A DNA stretch of 64,000 nucleotides, from assembly GCA_964016885.1 (NCBI GenBank), contig OZ024744.1, forward strand, positions 9,300,001-9,364,000, in the 5' to 3' direction. The translations under genes and the position numbers were made by a program. Under the pieces are notes generated by a model that was not told the origin of the DNA, ran no database searches, and saw nothing but the letters and a program-made list of their open reading frames with translations. Shown here piece after piece: positions 1 through 9,100 of the stretch; position 1 is the first letter of the stretch; the number at the start of each line of letters is the position of its first letter. This DNA comes from Eledone cirrhosa (taxonomy: Eukaryota).

Positions 1-190
1 TAATATGACCCAGTTATACAGTAATGTAACATGATCTGAGGGATTGACCAAGACCGTGCTCCTAGGAACAGTTCAAGAGAAAAGAAGGCAAAGACATCAG
101 AGAAAGAAATGGCCAGATAATATCATGGAATAGGCTGGGAAAGTCTTATCAACAAACCAAAATCAAAGCTGTGAAATGTTCATCTTGGCA
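1..190 (+). mobile_element. Decayed 3' end of an RTE-clade (BovB-like) LINE ORF
   Basis: The frame from position 11 reads QLYSNVT*SEGLTKTVLLGTVQEKRRQRHQRKKWPDNIME*AGK. This matches the RTE C-terminal pattern W(Y/F)GHV.R..GL.KTILQG.V.G.R.RGR.RK.W.DNI.EW, with in-frame stops. The right boundary is approximate. Confidence 0.7.
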
Positions 191-513
191 ATCAATGGGT
201 TAATTTTAAATGAGAAAAGAATAGACTCATAACCTCTTCAGGTTTTCTTGACATATGATAAGCATGAGAAGAAATAGAGGTTAAATAGTTCCCAGCTAAG
301 ATAGTGGAATAGTAGAAACAGCAAAACACAGTTAAATATTTTACAATAGTTAGTTCCATTTTTCTACATGATGAGTTCCAATTTTACTGTAATTTGTCTG
401 GGAGTTGACTAAATAAAGCTTAGTCATGGAATAATATTTGTTCAGTCAAACATAATACTATCCTACAAATCTGTATTGTTGAACCAATGAAATAAATGAA
501 AATTGTTTATTAA

Positions 514-750
514 CCCTTTTGATAACAAATGCCAGAAACTGCCTCTGATTCTAAGATACAAAATGTTTATAGTTATCTAAAAATTCTCCATCGTAATATT
601 ATGTAAAAACCTTTGTTAAGTTATGTTCCCAATACCAGCTTAATGATGAAAAAGTTAATTATATTACTAAATCCCTCTAAATTCTTAATTGTTTTCAAAA
701 TTAGAAAATCACAGGCAGTGTATTTTGTAAGACATTTGTACACAAAAAGG
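514..750. mobile_element. piggyBac-type MITE (non-autonomous), family A
   Basis: Flanked by TTAA at 510-513 and 751-754. Termini are CCCTTTTGATAAC and GTACACAAAAAGG (degenerate inverted repeats). The interior resembles the elements at 3165-3622 and 3702-3919. Confidence 0.7.
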
Positions 751-988
751 TTAAATTTGTAATGCTAGTTTATGACAAGATCACAGCAATTAAAATATGT
801 TCTAATTTAGAATTCTGAAGTCAATATAAGTAACTAAAGCTTTTGAAGGTAGCGCCTTAAAATGACTGCAGTCCAATGACTGAAACCAATAAAAGAGTAG
901 AAAGAATATCTCTACATATTGATCCTGCCACTGTGATGAATATTAGGATCATCATTGTTATAATTCAATTATTTTTATATTTTTACAA

Positions 989-1247
989 GGCACGTGGCTT
1001 AGTGATTAAAGGTGTTTGGCTCATAAATGTAAGTTCATGTGTTCAATTCCCAGTGGTGTATTTTGTTCTTGGACTTTATTTCACATTGCTCCAGTCCACT
1101 CAGCTGACAAAAATAAGCTGTACATATTCTTGTCATATACTGTGGAATGCTCAGATAGTGGCACATTAATTTCACAAGCAGAATGTTCCATTGTTCAGAT
1201 AACTGGAACACTCATGATCAGACTAAATAAAGGTCTAACAACAACAA
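989..1247 (+). mobile_element. tRNA-derived SINE, decayed, near full length
   Basis: A-box-like TGGCTTAGTGATT at 995 and B-box-like GTTCAATTCC at 1041-1050. The central part has CTTTATTTCACATTGCTCCAGTCCACTCAGCTG and the element ends in an (AAC)n tail near 1238-1247. It resembles octopus SINEs as recalled from memory. Confidence 0.7.
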
Positions 1248-1646
1248 AAGACAGTTTTACTTGGCTCCAGTTTCTACATCAGAACCATTATATAAGATCA
1301 AAGAAATATTCTAAATGAAAATATATTCTTTCAGTCATTATGGAATTAACAATCCCACTTTAATCTTACATTTGAACACAACAGATGACAACTGGATTAG
1401 TTAGTTGATCTGTTGGCTGAGCTACTAACAACTGAAAGGACTGACTATGAAATAGTCAAAGAAGATGCTCCATTATGGCTTTAGTCATGATGAATAAAAC
1501 ACAGTAAAGAACTAAAGAACTAAAGATGGGTTTAGCTTAAGAAATGAATGCTCTTGGGAAAATGACAGATTGAAGATTGAAGTTTGAACTATTTATGAAA
1601 TAGACCTATAATTAGGTAAATACCTCTAATAATCGTTAATGTTGTT

Positions 1647-1670
1647 GATGGTGGTGGTGGTGTGTGTGTG
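1647..1670. repeat. Compound (GGT)n/(GT)n microsatellite
   Basis: gatggtggtggtggtgtgtgtgtg seen directly. Confidence 0.85.
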
Positions 1671-1755
1671 CGTTTGTACATATATAAAAACACAGTCTAC
1701 TTCCATCATTACCCCAATGATATATGCCTGGACAATGTGGTAGTATGCTCTTGTG

Positions 1756-1935
1756 GTCCCAGAAGACAGAACAGAGAAAGCATTACTCTGGAGGATAAGT
1801 AGTGAGAGAGATACATTGAAATAGCCATTCCAACTTGCATGGATCACTCTCCTGAGTGCAGAGTGTTGTAATGTCATTCGGGAACACTGAGTGCCAGAAG
1901 TCTCCACTGCTATAGGTTCAATGATAAATCTTAAG
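1756..1935 (-). mobile_element. Fragment of the C-terminal restriction-like endonuclease (RLE) region of a CRE-like non-LTR retrotransposon
   Basis: The minus strand, across frameshifts, gives RFIIEPIAVETSG...SDPCKLEWLFQCIS / LSLLILQSNAFSVLSSG. This matches the motif F.PIAVET.G...GDPRE..WLFQR.SLA..RGNA.S.L that ends CRE-clade proteins. Confidence 0.6.
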
Positions 1936-1984
1936 TTTTGAGTCTGATTAAAAGTATGCATGATCAAATGCATGGAAAGTTTGC

Positions 1985-2570
1985 GAGAAGTAGTTGACAG
2001 CTTCTGTTATCATGGTAACCTAATTAGCATTGAAAGAAGGGCTTGGAAAGCATAGCAGTCAGAGTAAGAATAAGGTGAAATAATTCAGGCAATTATTACA
2101 TCTCCTGGGAATAGGTGCATTCTCTCTCCAAGTGAAGGGTGGATTGTATGATCTTTGTGTAATATTGAATGGTTATGAAATAAGGACATTGAATACAAAG
2201 GATGTACAAAGGCAAACATGAGCCATTGAATGTGTAGTTTTAGTGTACCTGATTGATGAAGCACAAGTGAGTTAAGAGAAAAACTGTGTATAAGAAGAAG
2301 CAGATGTAGTGTGTAGGAAAGAAGACTGAACTGGTATGGACATGTGATGGCAAATGGGTAAAAATGTATCAAGCAATCCAAGTGGAAGAAACCTGCAGAT
2401 GTGGAAGACCAAGGAAGAAATGGGAAGAAGTGGTGAAGGTTGATCTCAGGATGCTGAACCTCATGAAAGAAATGATAAAGGACAACAACTAACAAGTGGC
2501 AAGATGCTGTACTATAGAAGACCCATTCAACCCATGTGAGCCAAGAAAAACAAATGTATGATGATGATGG
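1985..2570 (+). mobile_element. Old 5'-truncated RTE-clade LINE fragment, same family type as 5096-5912
   Basis: Decayed frames give EVVDSFCYHGNLIS, FSLQVKGGLYDLCV, ELREKLCIRRSRCSV*ERRLNWYGHVM and CGRPRKKWEEVVKVDLR. It ends in a (GAT)n tail. It shares GAGAAAAACTGTGTATAAGA-like and TGGTATGGACATGTGATG stretches with the 5.1-5.9 kb copy. Confidence 0.8.
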
Positions 2571-2628
2571 TGGTGGTGGTGGTGGTAGTAGGGTGATGTG
2601 GATGGGAGGGTGATGATGATAACGATGA
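2558..2628. repeat. (GAT)n/(GGT)n trinucleotide tract, probably derived from the LINE tail
   Basis: atgatgatgatggtggtggtggtggtggtagtaggg...gatgatgataacgatgac seen directly. Confidence 0.8.
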
Positions 2629-2759
2629 CATAGTACTATTCATTGATTACTACAAAACAGATAACATTCATTATTATATATGGTTTCAGTAGGGAGGATG
2701 TCATAAATAAAATAGAAGATTCTGATTGTGGGTTACTTCGTTAACAATATAGATCTTCT

Positions 2760-2761
<2 letters not shown>

Positions 2762-2789
<28 letters not shown>
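2762..2789. repeat. (AG)n microsatellite
   Basis: Pure AG run seen directly. Confidence 0.95.
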
Positions 2790-2792
<3 letters not shown>

Positions 2793-3164
2793 GGGGGAGT
2801 CACAGAGAGAGAGGAGACCAAGAAAATAAAATTTGGTTCTTAAAATGTGATCAGACATTATCTAATTAGTATTGAAAACTTATATCTTTCTTATTTTCTG
2901 ATTAGAAATCGTTTTTATTTTTAAAGGGTTTCCTTATATGATATAGAACAGCAGTTTCCGACCTGTAGCTCAAGGATCTTTTTTGGTGGTGGGATTCCAC
3001 AAAGATACTACTGGAAGTCTTTGAACCAAGTTGAAAATTTCAAATGCATAACTACTCATGAAAAGTCTGATGAAAATAAATTTTCAAAACTTCGAACATA
3101 TTTCTACATCTACAGGAACAATCTAATATTTTTAGATACTTTTTGGAACCTGATCTACATTTAA

Positions 3165-3622
3165 CCCTTTCATTACCAACCCACCTAAAACTGGCTCTAG
3201 TTCTATGAAATACAACCACCCATTTTAAAGGATTCCAATTTAACCCTTTAGCATTTAAACCGACTGTATCTGGCCAGAATTCTCTCACCTCTTTCTGTTA
3301 AAACCGACTGTAACTGGCTGCTCATACTTACATTAAGGTATTGTTCTCAAAATAAATAATATAAAAATCTCATAGATTCGATGCTATGTGCGATAATTAT
3401 ATGAGATTATGATTTTACCATGAAAATATAATAATAAATATAGAGTAATGTAAAATGCTAAAGAGTTAAATTAAAATCTTCCAACATAATTTCATATAAA
3501 AACCTTACATTAAGTTACTACCTTAGTAATGAAATAATTAGTAATTTTAGTAAATCCCTCAAAATTGTTCATTAATAAATCGAAATAGACTGTATTTCAT
3601 TAGAAAGGTGGTGATGAAAGGG
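3165..3622. mobile_element. piggyBac-type MITE, family A, split by a nested MITE
   Basis: TTAA at 3161-3164 and 3623-3626. TIRs are CCCTTTCATTACCA and TGGTGATGAAAGGG (13/14 match). Confidence 0.85.
3244..3465. mobile_element. piggyBac-type MITE, family B, nested inside the family A element
   Basis: TTAA at 3240-3243 and 3466-3469. TIRs are CCCTTTAGCATTT and AAATGCTAAAGAG (12/13 match). Confidence 0.85.
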
Positions 3623-3701
3623 TTAAAATGACTACCATTAAATTTAAAATGAAGAACTTGGTGTCAACAAAGCAGCTTCGACTATCTCATTAAATAAGTA
3701 A

Positions 3702-3919
3702 TTTTTTTTTATACCAAACCACCTGAAACTGGTCTGGTTTTATGACACAAGGCTTCCCATTTTAAAATAATCAAATTTTTTATAGAAAATTTTGTTCCAA
3801 ACATCAACTTAATAATGAAAAAGGTTGATCCTGTTATTAAATTCCCCCCATCTGTTTTGATGAGTTTCCAAATAAACTGAAACACAGTATATTTCATTTG
3901 AAATATGGTAGCAGAAGGG
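3702..3919. mobile_element. piggyBac-type MITE, family A, with eroded left end
   Basis: The right end is TGGTAGCAGAAGGG followed by TTAA (3920-3923). The left end has decayed to a T-run followed by ATACCAAACCACCTGAAACTGG, similar to ATTACCAACCCACCTAAAACTGG in the 3165 copy. Confidence 0.7.
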
Positions 3920-3952
3920 TTAATATTGTCAATTATCTAACTGAATATTTAG

Positions 3953-3953
<1 letters not shown>

Positions 3954-4002
<49 letters not shown>
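3954..4002. repeat. (TA)n microsatellite
   Basis: Pure TA run seen directly. Confidence 0.95.
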
Positions 4003-4004
<2 letters not shown>

Positions 4005-4828
4005 GCAACAAAAGTGAGAAAATGAGATTTTTGTTAGTTAATAAAATAAACTTGTTATAGTAGACAGATCTTTCAAGAGTCTGTGATCGGTGGGAAAATT
4101 CATTTAGGTAAACAGGAGTCCTCAGTATGACTAGGGTGGGAACCACTTGTATAGAATAAGGGAGAGTTGGGGGCTGTTCCATATGTTGTCATCAGTAAAA
4201 TCAGGAGAAGACACCAATACAGAATGAATATTTTATTAAAACTACTCTTCTAGGTTTATTTGCAATATTTCACAGCAGTTTGACACTCAACTTCTCTAAA
4301 CACTAGCACTTCAAAATAAGAACTTGCTTTGAGCTTAAAAAAAACAAAAAAAAACTGAAAGAATATCGATTGAAGAATGGATATTTTAAAAGAAATGACT
4401 GCTTTTATCTTTCAATCAAATTTTATCAGATACATTATAAAAAATATTCTTTCAATCAGTTTTCTTAAGAACCAAAATATTCAGAGTCTCACAAAGAAAT
4501 TCATTTCAAAATAAATGCCAAACTGATGGCTTAGAATTTGTAAATGAAGCCAGAAACATATTCATTCTCTGATATATTGTCAAGAATTCTAATTTATTTC
4601 AGCTTCAGCATTATATATATATTACTTCAATATTAATTCTTTGTTTAATAAAAAGGATTTCTAATTTTTGGTATAAATTTATTTATATAAATTGGTAAAA
4701 ATGTTGGTATACGGCTGGAGCTCAGCCATCGGGGTCCTGAATCTTTTCATATTACCCACTCTACTACCCCAAGTATTGAGTACTCTGCTGGGTTATAGTC
4801 TAGCTGGTTTTTACTACACCCTATCTGA

Positions 4829-4872
4829 TATATATATATTTATGTACATATGTGTGAATGTATATGTATATA

Positions 4873-4919
<47 letters not shown>

Positions 4920-4982
4920 GGCAAGGTATGTATGTATTTATGTGTATATATATATATGTATGTGTGTGTGTATTTGTGTGTG
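4829..4982. repeat. Compound (TA)n/(TATG)n/(TG)n microsatellite tract
   Basis: Seen directly. It explains the [11 protein letters not shown] ORFs. Confidence 0.9.
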
Positions 4983-5095
4983 GCAGTTTCCACTTGTGTC
5001 TTCCTATTGATACTGTTTAAAGCAAACATTGACATTTGTTTATGTCCTACATAGACTCACAAGGTATTTAAGCTGCATATAAATGCATCAGGGAA

Positions 5096-5912
5096 ATGGC
5101 CATGTTCAATATAAATTCTATAAAATGTACACAATGCAGATGTTGGGTACACAAGAGATGTAGTGGGATAGCAGGCAAACTAACAGGTAGGGAAAACTAC
5201 ATATGCAGTAGATGTACAGGGAAAGTTGGCAGTAGTAATCACAGTGATAAACACACTTTTCAAATACAGGTGGGTTCTATAGAAGTGGTTGATAGCTTCC
5301 AGTACCTAGGTGATCGGATTAGCATGGGAGAGGGGGTGTTCCGAGGCCATAGTATCTAGAATAACGACAGGTTGGAAGAAGTTTAGGGAGCTGCCTCCTC
5401 TGTTGACAAAGAAGGGTTTCTCCTTGCGTACAAAAGGCCGGTTATATGATGCCTGTCTGACGTGCGCGATGCTGCATGGTAGTGAGACATGGGCAGTAAC
5501 TACAGGTGATATGTGATGGTTGGAGAGAAATGAAGCAAGCATTCTCCGTTGTATGTGCAATATCAATGTGTGTGAATGACCAAGCATAGATGAGTTGAGA
5601 GAGAAACTGTGTATAAGAGGGATAAGTTGTGGTGTGCGGGAGAGAAGGCTGAGATGGTATGGACATGTGATGCGCATGAAGGATGACCACTGGGTAAAGA
5701 AGTGTCAACAAATGCCAGTAGAAGAAAGACACAGTAGAGGAAGAACATGAAAAACATGAGCGGTGGTGGTGAGAGCAGACCTCAGATCGCTGGAGCTCAC
5801 GGAGGAGATGACGAAGGACCATGACAAGTGGAGAGATGCTGTGCTGAATAGGACCTGTCCTACCCTTGCAAGCAGAGAAAAGTGAACGTAAAATGATGAT
5901 GATGATGATGAT
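5096..5912 (+). mobile_element. 5'-truncated RTE-clade LINE (pseudogenised RT C-terminus with a PHD-like zinc finger) and (GAT)n tail
   Basis: NSIKCTQCRCWVHKRCSGI...YICSRC...IEVVDSFQYLGDRIS, then a frameshift, then GCSEAIVSRITTGWKKFRELPPLL...TKGRLYDAC..AMLHGSETWA...ERNEASILRCMC...RERRLRWYGHVMRM. The YLG, (Y/H)GSETW and RLRWYGHV motifs are typical of RTE. It has several stops and a (GAT)n tail at 5893-5912. Confidence 0.9.
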
Positions 5913-5977
5913 ATATATATATATACACGTGTGTATGTATGTATATGTATATATACGTGTGTATGTATGTATATATG
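5911..5977. repeat. (TA)n/(TATG)n low-complexity tract with a short internal duplication
   Basis: ACGTGTGTATGTATGTATAT occurs twice, near 5927 and 5956. Confidence 0.8.
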
Positions 5978-5984
5978 ATGAACT

Positions 5985-6117
5985 TCCCCAAATTCACAAC
6001 ACATCGGTTGACCTGAAGGTACAGTAGAAAACTGTATTTATTTGCCCAAAGTGCCACACAATGGATTGGAACCTGAAACCATGTGGTTGCAAATTGAACT
6101 TCTTAACCACACACCCA
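5985..6117 (-). mobile_element. 5' head of a tRNA-derived SINE, abutting the satellite
   Basis: The minus strand reads TGGGTGTGTGGTTAAGAAG (A-box-like, 6117-6099), then CAACCACATGGTTTCAGGTTCCAATCC (B-box-like), then GTGGCACTTTGGGCAAAT. It resembles an abundant octopus SINE head as recalled from memory. Confidence 0.7.
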
Positions 6118-9100
6118 TTTTGTATTGTATGTGGTCCTAGATGTATGTATTACCTGCTTGTGTGTTGTATGTAGTCCTAGATGTATGTATTACCTGCTTG
6201 TGTGGTGTATGTGGTCCTAGATGTATGTATTACCTGGTTATGTGTTGTATGTTGCCCTAGATGTATGTATTACCTGGTTATGTGTTGTATGTAGTCCTGG
6301 ATTATGTATTACCTGGTTATGTGTTGTATGTGGTCCTAGATGTATGTATTACCTGGTTGTGTGTTCTATGTGGTCCTAGATGTATGTATTACCTGCCTGT
6401 GTGTTGTATGTGGTCCTAGATGTATGTATTACCTGGTTATGTGTTGTATGTAGTCCTAGATGTGTGTATTACCTGCTTGTATGTTATATGTGGCCCTATA
6501 TGTGTGTATTACCTGCTTGTATGTTGTATGTAGTCCTAGATGTATGTATTACCTGGTTATGTGTTGTATGTAGTCCTAGATGTATGTATTACCTGCCTGT
6601 GTGTTGTATGTGGTCCTAGATGTATGTATTACCTGGTTATGTGTTGTATGTAGTCCTAGATGTGTGTATTACCTGCTTGTATGTTATATGTGGCCCTATA
6701 TGTGTGTATTACCTGCTTGTGTGTTGTATGTAGTCCTAGATGTATGTATTACCTGGTTATGTGTTGTATGTAGTCCTAGATGTATGTATTACCTGGTTAT
6801 GTGTTGTATGTGGTCCTAGATGTATGTATTACCTGCTTGTGTGTTGTATGTGGCCCTATATGTGTGTATTACCTGCTTGTGTGTTGTATATGGTCCTAGA
6901 TGTATGTATTACCTGCCTGTGTGTTGTATGTAGTCCTAGATGTGTGTATTACCTGGTTATGTGTTGTATGTAGTCCTAGTTGTATGTATTACCTGCCTGT
7001 GTGTTGTATGTAGTCCTACATGTGTGTATTACCTGGTTATGTGTTCTATGTAGTCCTAGATGTATGTATTACCTGCTTGTGTGTTGTATGTGGCCCTAGA
7101 TGTATGTATTACATGCTTGTGTGTTGTATATGGTCCTAGATGTATGTATTACCTGCTTGTGTGTTGTATGTGGTCCTAGATGTATGTATTATCTGCTTGT
7201 GTGTTATATGTAGTCCTAGATGTATGTATTACCTGCTTGTGTGTTGTATGTGGCCCTAGATGTATGTATTACCTGGTTATGTGTTGTATGTGGTCCTGGA
7301 TGTATGTATTACCTGGTTATGTGTTGTATGTAGTCCTAGATGTATGTATTACCTGGTTATATGTTGTATGTAGTCCTAGATGTATGTATTACCTGCCTAT
7401 GTGTTGTATGTGGTCCTAGATGTATGTATTACCTGCTTGTGTGTTGTATGTGGTCCTAGATGTATGTATTACCTGCATGTGTGTTGTATCTGGTCCTAGA
7501 TGTATGTATTATCTGCTTGTGTGTTATATGTAGTCCTAGATGTATGTATTACCTGCTTGTGTGTTGTATGTGGTCCTGGATGTAAGTATTACCTGCCTGT
7601 GTGTTGTATGTAGTCCTGGATGTATGTATTACCTGCCTGTGTGTTGTATGTGGTCCTACATGTATGTATTACCTGCCTGTGTGTTGAATGTAGTCCTAGA
7701 TGTATGTATTACCTGCTTGTGTGTTGTATGTAGTCCTAGATGTATGTATTACCTGCTTGTGTGTTGTATGTGGTCCTAGATGTATGTATTACCTGCCTGT
7801 GTGTTGTATGTAGTCCTAGATCTATGTATTACCTGCCTGTGTGTTGTATGTAGTCCTAGATGTATGTATTACCTGCCTGTGTGTTGGATGTAGTCCTAGA
7901 TGTGTGTATTACCTGCTTGTATGTTATATGTGGCCCTATATGTGTGTATTACCTGCTTGTGTGTTGTATTACCTGCTTGTGTGTTGTATGTGGTCCTAGA
8001 TGTATGTATTACCTGGTTATGTGTTGTATGTGGTCCTAGATGTATCTATTACCTGGTTATGTGTTGTATGTAGTCCTAGATGTATGTATTACCTGCTTAT
8101 GTGGTGTATGTAGTCCTAGATCTATGTATTACCTGCCTGTGTGTTGTATGTAGTCCTGGATGTATGTATTACCTGGTTATGTGTTGTATGTGGTCCTAGA
8201 TGTGTGTATTACCTGCCTGTGTGTTGTATGTAGTCCTAGATGTGAGTATTACCTGCTTGTGTGTTGTATGAGGTCTTAGATGTATGTATTACCTGCTTGT
8301 GTATTGTATGTCCCCTAGATGTGTGTATTACCTGCCTGTGTATTGTATGTAGTCCTAGATGTATGTATTAACTGGTTATGTGTTGTATGTGGTCCTGGAT
8401 GTATGTATTACCTGCCTGTGTGTTGTATGTGGTCCTAGATGTATGTATTACCTGCCTGTGTGTTGTATGTGGTCCTAGATGTATGTATTACCTGGTTATG
8501 TGTTGTATGTAGTCCTAGATGTATGTATTACCTGGTTATGTGTTGTATGTGGCCCTATATGTGTTTATTACCTGCTTGTGTATTGTATGTAGTCCTAGAT
8601 GTATGTATTACCTGGTTATGTGTTTTATGTAGTCCTAGATGTATGTATTACCTGCTTGTGTGTTGTATGTGGTCCTAGATGTATGTATTACCTGCCTGTG
8701 AGTTGTATGTGGTCCTAGATGTATGTATTACCTGGTTATGTGTTGTATGTAGTCCTAGATGTATGTATTACCTGCCTGTGTGTTGTATGTAGTCCTGGAT
8801 GTATGTATTACCTGCCTGTGTGTTGTATGTGGTCCTAGATGTATGTATTACCTGGTTATGTGTTGTATGTAGTCCTAGATGTATGTATTACCTGCCTGTG
8901 TGTTGTATGTAGTCCTGGATCTATGTATTACCTGCCTGTGTGTTGTATGTGGTCCTAGATGTCTGTATTACCTGGTTATGTGTTGTATGTAGTCCTAGAT
9001 GTATGTATTACCTGCTTGTGTGTTGTATGTAGTCCTAGATGTGTGTATTACCTGCTTGTATGTTATATGTGGCCCTAGATGTATGTATTACCTGGTTATG

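Larger units (their letters stand above)
2949..4148. mobile_element. hAT (Charlie-like) non-autonomous DNA transposon, interrupted by nested MITEs
   Basis: The left end is CAGCAGTTTCCGACCT and the right end AGGGTGGGAACCACTT (reverse complement AAGTGGTTCCCACCCT). Both are close to the hAT/Charlie-type TIR CAGTGGTTCCCAACCT. The flanking 8-mers ATATAGAA (2941-2948) and GTATAGAA (4149-4156) match 7/8 and fit the NTNTAGAN-type target preference. Confidence 0.6.

Noticed and set aside
989-1060. tRNA gene (also considered for 6040-6117)
   Set aside because: A- and B-box-like motifs are present, but I could not form a convincing cloverleaf. The sequence continues into a SINE body, so it is called a SINE.
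4690-4828. Slightly GC-richer segment, possibly an exon or repeat end
   Set aside because: No recognisable motif, termini or convincing splice and ORF support, so it is left unannotated.
876-6057. Short ORFs in the flank as host genes
   Set aside because: They overlap SINEs, MITEs, antisense LINE sequence or (TA)n tracts (YIYIYI; HHHHHH from the GAT tail). Only the TE-derived peptides are recognisable.
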